DNA of 50,701 bases, from the NCBI GenBank assembly GCA_044871085.1, contig JBIOZI010000377.1, positions 1 to 50,701 of the forward strand, given 5' to 3'. Below, one piece after another: positions 28,164 through 36,742 of this stretch (the first letter of the stretch is position 1; the number at the start of each line of letters is the position of its first letter). The position numbers were made by a program, and so were the translations under genes. The notes under the pieces were generated by a model that worked only from the letters and a program-made list of their open reading frames with translations, made no database searches and was not told the DNA's origin. The stretch is from Steroidobacteraceae bacterium. GTDB taxonomy: Bacteria > Pseudomonadota > Gammaproteobacteria > Steroidobacterales > Steroidobacteraceae.

Positions 28164-28203
28164 CGACACCCCTTGCGCGCAGGCCTTGCGTCGCGAACCC
28201 AGG

Positions 28204-29388
28204 TTATTTGCGGTATTTCTCGCCGATGCGGCGATACGCCTCGCGAAACGGGATGCCTTCGCGCGCGACCAGCGCATTGGCCTCTTCGGCGGCGTGAATC
28301 GAGGGGTCGAGTTTGATCTGATCCGCGCGGAAACGCACGCCGTCCATGGCCATCGCCATGATGGCCGCCGTCGCATTGGCGAGGTCGATGCCCCTGAACA
28401 GGGGAGGCTTGATGAGCTGCAGGTCGCGCTGGTAACCCGACGGCAGCTTCGCGACGATGCCGAGCACCTCGTCGAGGCAGCTCGCCGCGACGGCGGAGCG
28501 GCCGCGCACGAGCTCGAACACGTCGGGATTGCGCTTCTGCGGCATGATCGACGAGCCGGTGGTGAACTCCGCCGGCAGCGCGACGAAGGCGAACTCCTGC
28601 GTGTAGAACAGCAGCAGGTCGCTCGCGAGGCGCCCCAGATCCTGCATGAACAGCGCGCATTCGAACAGCAGCCCGGCCTCGGCCTTGCCGCGCGCCAGCT
28701 GCACCGCCGTGACCGGCGCGTGCACCGACGCGAAGCCGAGTTTTTCGCGCGTGAGCTCGCGGTCGAGCGGCAGTCCCGGCGTGCCGTAGCCCGCGGCGGA
28801 GCCGAGCGGCGAGCGTGAGCTGCGCCGCGCGCACGCCGTGAACCCGGCCGCGTCGTCGCGCAGCTCGGAGGCGAATCCGCCGGCCCACAACGCGACGCTG
28901 CTCGGCATGGCCTGCTGCATGTGCGTGTAGCCCGGCAGCGCCACGGCGCCGTCGCGCCGCGCCAGCGCATCGAGGGCGGCGGCGCAGGCTTCCGCGGCGG
29001 CCGCGAGCTCGCGGCCCGCGTCGAGTAGATAGAGCCGCAGCGCCGTCAGCACCTGGTCGTTGCGCGAGCGGCCGAGATGCACGCGCCCGCCCGCCGGGCC
29101 GATGCGCGCCGTGAGGCGCTTCTCGAGCGCCGTCTGGCCGTCCTCGTCGGCCAGCTCGATGCGCCACTGGCCGGCCGCGTGCTCGGCCAGCAGCGCGGTC
29201 AACCCGTCCCGTATGGCGGCAAGATCGGCGGCATCGAGCAGCCGCGCGGCGTGCAAACCCTCGGCGTGCGCGATCGAGGCGCGCACGTCGTACTTCACGA
29301 GCCGCTCGTCGAGCGCATAGTCGTCGCCCGCGGTATATGCGAGCACCCGCTGGTCGAGCTCCACGCCTTTGTCCCACAGACGGCTCAT
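28204..29388 (-). CDS. argH: argininosuccinate lyase
   Basis: 394 aa with the fumarate-lyase signature GSSIMPQKRNPD. Confidence 0.9.
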   Translation of the reverse strand: MSRLWDKGVELDQRVLAYTAGDDYALDERLVKYDVRASIAHAEGLHAARLLDAADLAAIRDGLTALLAEHAAGQWRIELADEDGQTALEKRLTARIGPAGGRVHLGRSRNDQVLTALRLYLLDAGRELAAAAEACAAALDALARRDGAVALPGYTHMQQAMPSSVALWAGGFASELRDDAAGFTACARRSSRSPLGSAAGYGTPGLPLDRELTREKLGFASVHAPVTAVQLARGKAEAGLLFECALFMQDLGRLASDLLLFYTQEFAFVALPAEFTTGSSIMPQKRNPDVFELVRGRSAVAASCLDEVLGIVAKLPSGYQRDLQLIKPPLFRGIDLANATAAIMAMAMDGVRFRADQIKLDPSIHAAEEANALVAREGIPFREAYRRIGEKYRK

Positions 29389-29394
29389 GCGCTG

Positions 29395-30330
29395 CTACTT
29401 GCCGACCTGCTGTTCGGCCGGGGTCAGCGCGTTCACGTCGGCGACGATGAGCGTGCCCGCGCCTTCGTTGGTGAACACCTCGGCGAGAATCCCTTCCTGC
29501 GACTTGTACGACATCACGTGTACGCGCCGCACGCCGCCGCGGATGGCGTCCTCGATGGCCTTCGCCTTGGGCAGCATGCCGTCGACGATTTTCTTCTCCT
29601 CGCGCAGGCGCTTGAGGCCGGCGAGATCCGTGTACGAAATGATCGACGTCGGATCGTCGACGCGCTCGAGGATGCCGGGCGCGCCCGTGCACAACATGAG
29701 CTTCTCGGCCGAGAGCGCCGCGCCGAGCGCAGCGGCCACCGTGTCGCCGTTGATGTTGAGCAGCGTGCCGTTCTCGTCGGCGGACAGCGGGCTCACGACC
29801 GGCATCAGGCCGTTGTCGAGCAGTTTCTTGATGACGTTGGTGTCCACGGCGTCGATGTCGCCGACGAAGCCGTAGTCCACGGTCTCACCGGTGTCCGCGA
29901 GCTTCACGGGCGGGCGCTTGTGCGCCCGGATGAGCCCCGCGTCGACGCCGGAGATGCCCACCGCGTCGATGTTCATCTCGCGGCACAGCGCCAGTAGTTT
30001 GGTGTTGATCAGGCCGTTGAGCACCATCGCGGTGGCGTCGATGGCCTTCTGGTCGGTGACGCGCCGTCCCTGCACCATGCGCGTGGGCACGCCCAGCGCC
30101 TCGGTGACCTCCGTGAGCTGCGGGCCGCCGCCGTGCACGAACACCACGCGCACGCCGAAGTAATGCAGGATCGCGATCTGCTCGATGAGCGCCTTCACGG
30201 CCGCGGCGTCGGCGAATACGCCGCCGCCCGCCTTCACGACGAAGGTCTTGCCCTTGTACATGCGGATGTAGGGGGCCGCGCTGCGCAGGCTGCGAATGGC
30301 GGCGGAAGGGTCGGGGCGATGCATGATCAT
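29395..30330 (-). CDS. argB: acetylglutamate kinase (kinase-only, 311 aa)
   Basis: KGKTFVVKAGGG...VFVHGGGPQ... with no fused GNAT domain. Confidence 0.9.
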   Translation of the reverse strand: MIMHRPDPSAAIRSLRSAAPYIRMYKGKTFVVKAGGGVFADAAAVKALIEQIAILHYFGVRVVFVHGGGPQLTEVTEALGVPTRMVQGRRVTDQKAIDATAMVLNGLINTKLLALCREMNIDAVGISGVDAGLIRAHKRPPVKLADTGETVDYGFVGDIDAVDTNVIKKLLDNGLMPVVSPLSADENGTLLNINGDTVAAALGAALSAEKLMLCTGAPGILERVDDPTSIISYTDLAGLKRLREEKKIVDGMLPKAKAIEDAIRGGVRRVHVMSYKSQEGILAEVFTNEGAGTLIVADVNALTPAEQQVGK

Positions 30331-30345
30331 GAAATGATTCCGTGA

Positions 30346-31353
30346 TTAGTGATGCGGCGTGGAGAGCAGGCGGTGCAGGACCGCCGCCTGCACGACCATC
30401 CGGTTGAAGGCCTCGCGCTGCACGACGCTGCGCCGGCCATCGAGCACTTCGTCGGCCACGGCGACGTTACGCCGCACCGGCAGGCAGTGCATGAGCTTGC
30501 AATCGACGGCGGCGCGCGAGAACCAGGTGTCGCGCACGCACCAGTCGGCGAGCGACGAACGGGCGCGCGCGTCGGCCTCGGCATTGCCGTAGTGCTGCGT
30601 CGAGCCCCACTCCTTGGCATAGACGACGTGCGCGCCGGTGAGCGCATCGTCGCGGTCATGGGTCTCGCGCACGCTGCCACCCGCCGCGGCCGCAGCGGCC
30701 TGTGCCTTCTGCATGATGGGCGCGGGCAGGGCGAAGCCTTCGGGCCGCAGCACCACCACTTCCATGCCGCGCATCGCCGCCATGTGCACCGTCGCGGCGG
30801 GTACCGCGAGCGGCAGCGCCCGCGGATGGTTCACCCACGACAGCACGAAGCGCGCCTTGCGTGGCACCGCGAGGTCGTCGAGCGTCTTCCAATCCGCCAG
30901 TGCCTGGCAGGGATGGTTCGCGGCGGACTCCATGTTGATGACCGGCTTCGAGACCAGGCCGGCCATTTCCTTGAATGACGTTTCCGCCAGGTCGGCTTCG
31001 AGGTCGAGGCCGCCGGCGAAGGCGCGAATGCCAAGAGCGTCACAATAGTGCGCCAATACGGGCACTCCTTCACGAACATGCTCCGCCGGAGCGCCATTCA
31101 TGACGGCGCCGCGCCGGGTCTCGAGCTGCCAGGTGCCCTGGCCGGCGGCGATGACGAACGAGGAGCCGCCGAGGCGCGCCATCGCGGCCTGCATGGACGC
31201 GAGCGTGCGCAGGCTGGGATTGAAGAAGAGCAGGCCGAGCATCTTGCCGGCCAGCGCCTGCGGCTCGGGTTTCGTGTGCAGGCGGTCGGCGAGCGCGAGC
31301 AGCTCGACGACCTGCTCGCGCGAAAGATCCGCCAGATCGAGGAAATGTTTCAT
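30346..31353 (-). CDS. argF': N-acyl-L-ornithine carbamoyltransferase (AOTCase/SOTCase-type, ArgF')
   Basis: Trimmed to MKHFLDLADLS... (ATG 31351-31353). Motifs FFNPSLRT, INMESAANHPCQ, LSWVNHPR, VVYAKEWG and HCLPVRRN match my recollection of the Xanthomonas AOTCase rather than classical OTCase (STRTR/DxxxSMG). Confidence 0.8.
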   Translation of the reverse strand: MKHFLDLADLSREQVVELLALADRLHTKPEPQALAGKMLGLLFFNPSLRTLASMQAAMARLGGSSFVIAAGQGTWQLETRRGAVMNGAPAEHVREGVPVLAHYCDALGIRAFAGGLDLEADLAETSFKEMAGLVSKPVINMESAANHPCQALADWKTLDDLAVPRKARFVLSWVNHPRALPLAVPAATVHMAAMRGMEVVVLRPEGFALPAPIMQKAQAAAAAAGGSVRETHDRDDALTGAHVVYAKEWGSTQHYGNAEADARARSSLADWCVRDTWFSRAAVDCKLMHCLPVRRNVAVADEVLDGRRSVVQREAFNRMVVQAAVLHRLLSTPHH

Positions 31354-31355
31354 TG

Positions 31356-32591
31356 TTATAAGTCGACGAGCGCCGCGCGCAGCCGGTCGATGTGTTCCTC
31401 TTTGAGAATGAACGCCGGCAGCAGGCGCAGGATCGCCGGATCGCCCGCGGTGCCCGCGAGGATGTCGCGGGCGAGCAGCGCCTTCTGCACGTCCTTCGCC
31501 GGTTTGTTCAGGCGCAGGCCGTGCAGGAAACCGAGACCCTGGAAATCGACCACCGGCCCTACCTTGCAGGTCTCGCGCAAGTACGCGGACACGCGGGTGA
31601 CGTTCGCCAGCAGGCCTTCCTTCTCGATCGCATCGATGGTGGCCTCGGCCACCGCGCAGGCCATGGGCCCGCCACCGAACGTGGTACCGAGATTTTCCAG
31701 TTTCAGCGACGCGGTGATCGGCGGCGTCAGCAGCAGCGCCGAGACCGGGAAGCCGTTGCCGAGCGCCTTGGCCGTCGTGATCATGTCCGGCATCACGCCG
31801 TAGTAGTTGGCTGCGAACGGCGTGCCGCTGCGGCCGACGCCGCACTGCACTTCGTCGAAGATGAGCAGCGCGCCGGTGGCGTCGCAGCGCTGGCGCAGCG
31901 CCGCGAGAAATTCCTGGCCCATGTCGAACGCGCCGCCCACGCCCTGCACGGGCTCGACGATGACGGCCGCAGTGTTCTCGGTGACGTGGTTGGCGATGTC
32001 CGCGAGGTCGCGCCGCTTGATCCAGCTCACGTCGAACGGCGCACGCGGCAGGAAGAACCATTTCTGCGGTGCCTGCCACGTGGTCGAGGCGCAGGCTGCC
32101 GTGCGGCCGTGGAAGCTGTGCTCGACCGCGGCGACGTGCGTGCGTCCGGGGCGCATCTTGAAGGCCATCTTGAACGCGTTCTCGTTGGCCTCCGCGCCCG
32201 AGTTGATCCAGAACACGCTGTCGAAGGGCAGCCGGGAGAACTTCAGCAGCGCCTGCGCGGCGCGCGCGCGGACTTCCATGGGTACGGCGTTGGTCTGGAA
32301 ATTCATCTGCGCGGCCTGGCGGCTCAACGCCTCGGTCCAGCCCTTGTGGCCGTAACCGAGCGACGCCACGGCATGGCCGCCGTACAGGTCGAGCACCTTG
32401 CGGCCGTCGCGCGTGTGCAGCCAGACGCCGTCGGCGCCCACCACTTCGAGCGGATATTGCGCGTAGACCGGCGCGAGGCCATCTGGCGGGGAGCCCGTCA
32501 TAGAAGACTGCGGGGCGCCCGCCATAGAAGACTGCGGAGAGCCCGTCGTGGAAGACGGCGCAGTGGATAGTTCGGCGTTCATGGTTTTCAT
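31356..32591 (-). CDS. argD: acetylornithine aminotransferase (class III PLP aminotransferase)
   Basis: FDEVQCGVGRSG...TTAKALGNG. I prefer the ATG at 32589-32591 (GGGACAGAGG upstream, 14 nt after the argC stop). An N-terminal low-complexity extension is encoded by a 24-bp repeat. Confidence 0.85.
   Translation of the reverse strand: MKTMNAELSTAPSSTTGSPQSSMAGAPQSSMTGSPPDGLAPVYAQYPLEVVGADGVWLHTRDGRKVLDLYGGHAVASLGYGHKGWTEALSRQAAQMNFQTNAVPMEVRARAAQALLKFSRLPFDSVFWINSGAEANENAFKMAFKMRPGRTHVAAVEHSFHGRTAACASTTWQAPQKWFFLPRAPFDVSWIKRRDLADIANHVTENTAAVIVEPVQGVGGAFDMGQEFLAALRQRCDATGALLIFDEVQCGVGRSGTPFAANYYGVMPDMITTAKALGNGFPVSALLLTPPITASLKLENLGTTFGGGPMACAVAEATIDAIEKEGLLANVTRVSAYLRETCKVGPVVDFQGLGFLHGLRLNKPAKDVQKALLARDILAGTAGDPAILRLLPAFILKEEHIDRLRAALVDL
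32494..32565. repeat. 24-bp in-frame tandem repeat (3 units) in the argD 5' end
   Basis: Units are 32494-32517, 32518-32541 (21/24 identical) and 32542-32565 (18/24). They encode TGSPQSSM / AGAPQSSM / TGSPPDGL. Confidence 0.6.
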
Positions 32592-32605
32592 TGCCTCTGT
32601 CCCGC

Positions 32606-33673
32606 TCAGGTCCAGCCGGGCGCCGCGGCGCTCAGGCCCGAAGTCTCGGGAAGACCGAACATGCGGTTCATCCACTGCACGGCGCCGCCCGCGGCGCCCT
32701 TATTCAGGTTGTCCACCACGCTCATCACCGCGACGGTGCGGCCGTTGGCGGCTGCGGACAGATGCGCGAAATTGCTGGCGACGATGTCTTTCACGCGCGG
32801 CGCGCTGTCGAGCACGCGCACGAACGGCGCGCCCGTGTAGAACTCCCGCAGCATGCCGATGACGGCCGCGGCGTCCTTCGAGGTCGTAAGCCTGGCCTGC
32901 ACCGTCGCGTGGATGCCGCGCGCGAACGGACCCGAGTGCGGCACGAACGAGTAGTCGGCGTCGATGCCGGTCGCGGCCTTCGCGAGCGCCGTGATCTCCG
33001 GCGTGTGGCGATGTCCGAGCGCGCCGTACGAATACAGGTCGCTGTGGCGCGTCGGGTGGTGCGTGCCCTCGACGGGCTTGCGGCCGGAGCCGGTGCTGCC
33101 CGTGACGCCGCTGACGAACAAGGTCGGTTCGATCCAGCCGCAGGCGAGCAGCGGCACGCTGGCGAGCAGGATGGCGGTCGAGAAGCAGCCGGGGTGCGCC
33201 ATGTGCGGCGTCGGCGCGGCTTTCAGGTGCTCGGGCACCGCGCACGTGAACTGCGCGAGCCGCTGCGGCGCGCCGTGCGGATGCTTGTACACGGACTCGT
33301 AGGCCGCGGCCGTGGCGTAGCGGAAGTCGGCGGAGATGTCGACGAAGCGCGGCTGGGTGCCCGCGGCCTCCGCCGTCTTCAGCAGCGAGTCGATCAAGCC
33401 GGCGGCCGCGCCGTGCGGCGCGGCGCAGAACACCGCCGACGTCGGCTCCCGGCCCATCAAGCCGGCGATCTGCGCCTGCGACTTGAACTCCATGTCGCCG
33501 AGCAGCGCGGCGAGATGGGGGAACGACTTGCCGGCGAGCTCGCCGGGCGAGCTGTCGGAGAGAATGCCGGCGAGCGCGAAATGCGGATGCCCGAGCAGCA
33601 GCCGGATGAGCTCGCCCGAGACATAGCCGGTGCCTCCGAGCACCACGGCGGGAATCTTGTTAGGCACGTTCAC
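32606..33673 (-). CDS. argC: N-acetyl-gamma-glutamyl-phosphate reductase
   Basis: 355 aa with a GTG start. Motifs VLGGTGYVSGELIRLL and the catalytic Cys context HPGCFSTA. Confidence 0.9.
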   Translation of the reverse strand: MNVPNKIPAVVLGGTGYVSGELIRLLLGHPHFALAGILSDSSPGELAGKSFPHLAALLGDMEFKSQAQIAGLMGREPTSAVFCAAPHGAAAGLIDSLLKTAEAAGTQPRFVDISADFRYATAAAYESVYKHPHGAPQRLAQFTCAVPEHLKAAPTPHMAHPGCFSTAILLASVPLLACGWIEPTLFVSGVTGSTGSGRKPVEGTHHPTRHSDLYSYGALGHRHTPEITALAKAATGIDADYSFVPHSGPFARGIHATVQARLTTSKDAAAVIGMLREFYTGAPFVRVLDSAPRVKDIVASNFAHLSAAANGRTVAVMSVVDNLNKGAAGGAVQWMNRMFGLPETSGLSAAAPGWT

Positions 33674-33676
33674 GCG

Positions 33677-34759
33677 TTACTCGTTCGCCGCACGCAGCGC
33701 ACGCGCCTGCGTGAGGCCGACGGACTGGATGATGGAGTCACCGAGCGCGGCGCCGGCCGACAGCGCGTTGAAGGCGGGTACCTTCAACACGTCCTGGATG
33801 ATCTGCACGCCGACGGCGTTGTCGGTCGAAGGCCCCGTCACCGCGACCGGCTCGATGCCGTAGCGCTCGCGCAGGATGTCGACGCCGCCGTAGGCCGCCA
33901 CCGGGTCGTTGGCCGAGAGCACGAGGCCGGTGATGGCCTTGCGGATGTCTTCCTGCTCGAGGATGGCGTCCACGCCGTACGTGCCCAGCAGGCCATCGCC
34001 GAGCTCGAACACGATGACATCGGGCTTCTTGTCGCACAGCTCCGTCAACATGGTGCGCGTGAGCGCCGGGCCCACCTTGCGCGTGGTCGAGACGATGCCG
34101 AAATCCGTGAAAATGAGCGTGTTGCGCGCGCCGGCGTCTTCGAACGCCATGATGTCGCGGCGCAGGGAGACGCCCGTGGCCTTGAACGCGTCGACGACCA
34201 GGCCGCGATGGCGCATGCGGCTGATGATGGCGGCGGCGGCGGCCGTCTTGCCGGCCTCCATGCACGTGCCGGCGAGCGCCACCACGGGCACGGCGCCGGT
34301 GACGAGCGGCGCGTCCGGATCGAACTTGCGATAACCCACGCGCGCCGGCACGCCGATGCGTTCGCCCAGATAGGGAAAATCCAGCACGCCGCCGATGACG
34401 CGGCAGTCGAACGGCTTGCCCTTGTCGGGATTCACCGAGTCGCACACTCCGAGCACGCCGCCGATGTTGAGCATCTGCACGATGTCGCCGGGTTTCACGC
34501 TCTCGGGTACGTGCCCGGAGTAGCCGAACAGCGCCTTGCGATGGCCGAGCGCGCCCGCGACGATGTCACCCTTGCCGACCTTCGCCATGCGGCCGCTCGT
34601 GAGCTCGAGCGTGTTGTAGGTGGACTTGTTGGTGAGTATCTCCACGACCACGACCACGCCTTCCTCGGAAGGGATGTTGTCCGTGGAAACACGCACTTCG
34701 TTGCCGAGGCCGCAGGCCTGGGTCACCGAGGCGATCTTGTCGACTACGACTGTACGCAT
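33677..34759 (-). CDS. uncharacterised 360-aa protein embedded in the arginine operon (beta-rich N-terminal half plus P-loop-like C-terminal half)
   Basis: The ATG directly abuts the argG TAA. Its own TAA is 3 nt before the argC GTG. GC3 is high. It has the Walker-A-like segment VVALAGTCMEAGKTAAAA. I recall no named family. Confidence 0.8.
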   Translation of the reverse strand: MRTVVVDKIASVTQACGLGNEVRVSTDNIPSEEGVVVVVEILTNKSTYNTLELTSGRMAKVGKGDIVAGALGHRKALFGYSGHVPESVKPGDIVQMLNIGGVLGVCDSVNPDKGKPFDCRVIGGVLDFPYLGERIGVPARVGYRKFDPDAPLVTGAVPVVALAGTCMEAGKTAAAAAIISRMRHRGLVVDAFKATGVSLRRDIMAFEDAGARNTLIFTDFGIVSTTRKVGPALTRTMLTELCDKKPDVIVFELGDGLLGTYGVDAILEQEDIRKAITGLVLSANDPVAAYGGVDILRERYGIEPVAVTGPSTDNAVGVQIIQDVLKVPAFNALSAGAALGDSIIQSVGLTQARALRAANE

Positions 34760-35959
34760 TTACTTGCCTCCCGCGCGCGCATGGAACATGCCCGTGAGCG
34801 AAACGATCTTGGAGAAGCCGAGCGCGTCCTGCGGCGTCCATTCGCCCGCGGCCTCGCCGTACACGCCGCGCGAAACCGCCATCAGCGAGTGCGGCGACTC
34901 GACGCCTTCGACGAACAAACTACCCGGGCGGAACAGCAGGTGGACCTTGCCGGTGACGCGCTCCTGCGAGGACAGCAGCAGCGCCTCGATGTCGCGGCAC
35001 ACGGGATCCAGCAGCTGGCCTTCGTGCACCCAGTCGCCGTACGGACCCGCGAGCGAATCCTTGATGCGCTGCTGGCGCGGCGTGAGCACGAGCTTCTCGA
35101 GCTCCCGGTGCGCCACCAGCAGGGTCTCCGCGGCCGGCGCCTCGAAGGCGACGCGGCCCTTGGTGCCGATGATGGTGTCGCCCAGGTGGATGCCGCGGCC
35201 GATGCCGAACGGCGCGCCGAGCGTCTCGAGCTGCTCGACCACTTCCACGGCGGACATCGACTTTCCGTCGATGCCGGTGGGGCGGCCCTTCTCGAACTCG
35301 AGGGTGTGCTTCTGCGGGGCGCGCGGGTTCGTGAACGCGTCCTTCGACAGCACCCACGCGCCGTCGGGAATGCTGCCCTCGGAAGTCAGGGTCTCCTTGC
35401 CGCCGATGGTCACGCCCCACAGCCCGCGATTGATGGAATACGCTGCGCCGAACGGCGGCACGGGGAGCTTGCGGCTCTGTAGATAGTCGAGCTCTTCCTG
35501 CCGCTTGAAGGCCCGGTCGCGCACGGGCGCGATGACTTCCAGCTCCGGCGCGAGCGTGCGCATCGCCACTTCGAAGCGCACCTGATCGTTGCCCGCCGCC
35601 GTGCAGCCATGCGCGATGGAGTTCGTACCCAGCTTGCGCGCCATCAGCGCGATGGTCTGAGCCTGCATGACGCGCTCGGCGCCGACGCACAGCGGATAGA
35701 GCTGGCCGCGGCGCACGTTGCCCATGACCAGGAAGCGCAGCACCTGCTCGAAATAGTCGGCACGCGCGTCGACCTGGTGGTGCTCGACCGCGCCCAGCGC
35801 GAGCGCTCGCTCGCGCAGCGTTTGGGCACCGGCCGCGTCGATGCCGCCCGTATCCACGGTGACCGTGATGATGGGGCGGCCATAGTTGTCCTTGAGCCAG
35901 GGCACCAGGAAGGAGGTGTCGAGGCCGCCGGAATAGGCCAGAACGATGGGGGTGGGCAT
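34760..35959 (-). CDS. argG: argininosuccinate synthase
   Basis: 399 aa, MPTPIVLAYSGGLDTS... Confidence 0.95.
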   Translation of the reverse strand: MPTPIVLAYSGGLDTSFLVPWLKDNYGRPIITVTVDTGGIDAAGAQTLRERALALGAVEHHQVDARADYFEQVLRFLVMGNVRRGQLYPLCVGAERVMQAQTIALMARKLGTNSIAHGCTAAGNDQVRFEVAMRTLAPELEVIAPVRDRAFKRQEELDYLQSRKLPVPPFGAAYSINRGLWGVTIGGKETLTSEGSIPDGAWVLSKDAFTNPRAPQKHTLEFEKGRPTGIDGKSMSAVEVVEQLETLGAPFGIGRGIHLGDTIIGTKGRVAFEAPAAETLLVAHRELEKLVLTPRQQRIKDSLAGPYGDWVHEGQLLDPVCRDIEALLLSSQERVTGKVHLLFRPGSLFVEGVESPHSLMAVSRGVYGEAAGEWTPQDALGFSKIVSLTGMFHARAGGK

Positions 35960-35965
35960 TTTTAT

Positions 35966-36424
35966 TCAGACTCCAAAAGCTTCGCGCAGCCGCTCGAGCA
36001 CGCGCGCCTGGGCGCGCGCGTCGGCGGTGGCGATGAAGATCGTGTCGTCGCCGGACACCGTGCCCGCGACCTCGCTCCAGCCGGCCTTGTCGATGGCGGC
36101 GGCCACGCTGCCGGCCGAGCCTATGGTGGTCTTCACCACGGTGATCGACGGGCCGGCGGTGCGCACTTCGCGCACGAACTGGGCCACGGCCGAGAACTTT
36201 TCCTGCGTGCGGGAAGCAAGTTCCGCGTTGTCGGGCAGCACGTAACCGTCGCTGTGCTTGAGCACGCCGAGCTCGCGCAGGTCGCGGCTGATGGACGACT
36301 GCGTGACCTCGTGGCCCTCGCGCTTCAGCAGGCGCACGAGCTCGTGCTGGCGGCGCACCGGGGCATGGCGCAGCAGCCGGACGATGGCGGTGCGACGCGC
36401 CTCGCGGTGATGGTCGGTCAGCAT
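35966..36424 (-). CDS. argR: arginine repressor ArgR
   Basis: Trimmed to MLTDHHREARRTAIVRLLRHAPVRRQHELVRLLKREGHEVTQSSISRDLRELG (winged helix). The C-terminal part has ...GTVSGDDTIFI. Confidence 0.85.
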   Translation of the reverse strand: MLTDHHREARRTAIVRLLRHAPVRRQHELVRLLKREGHEVTQSSISRDLRELGVLKHSDGYVLPDNAELASRTQEKFSAVAQFVREVRTAGPSITVVKTTIGSAGSVAAAIDKAGWSEVAGTVSGDDTIFIATADARAQARVLERLREAFGV

Positions 36425-36441
36425 GGAAACGAATCCACCCG

Positions 36442-36475
36442 TGAATAAAGAGCGCGCATACTGCATAAAGATGCA
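36442..36475 (-). promoter_or_regulatory. possible tandem ARG-box-like operator upstream of argR
   Basis: The minus strand reads TGCATCTTTATGCA (perfect 5-bp inverted repeat) then GCGCTCTTTATTCA, with cores 20 bp apart, ending about 17 nt before the argR ATG. Similarity to the TGAAT-N4-ATTCA consensus is only partial. Confidence 0.3.
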
Positions 36476-36548
36476 CGAGGCGTCAACGGCTCTTTTCCCG
36501 CGGCCCGGGCGGGCCCGGCCAATCAACCTGTGGGAAATTGCGGGCGCG

Positions 36549-36683
36549 TTACAGCCCCGGTGGCAGCGCAGTCGCGGCACCTTCGCCGAGCACCGTGGTC
36601 CATTCCCGGACCGTCCATTTCGTGACCAGGCCGCCGGTGACGTACGGGTCGGCCGTGGCGAATGGCTGGGGAGCGGCCCCGAA
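36549..36683 (-). pseudogene. YciI-like C-terminal fragment (gene remnant)
   Basis: Hand translation gives FGAAPQPFATADPYVTGGLVTKWTVREWTTVLGEGAATALPPGL*. The DPYVxxGL...W motif resembles the YciI C-terminus. An in-frame TGA lies at 36684-36686 and there is no start. Confidence 0.35.
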
Positions 36684-36742
36684 TCATAGTAGAGAGCGAA
36701 CGGTCTTGCGGAGTGCCGCTTCGCGCACGGCCCGGGAGGAAC

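Noticed and set aside
32591-35482. A 963-aa plus-strand ORF, together with many other long ORFs in the track (for example 522..2207, 15699..17360, 25479..26219, 35609..36448, 40082..41476, 42654..44336).
   Set aside because: They lie antisense to genes with unmistakable conserved motifs (argC/argG, hslU, amtB, polA, tamAB). Their translations are Arg/Ala/Gly/His-rich low-complexity strings typical of shadow ORFs in high-GC DNA. They lack SD-like sequences.
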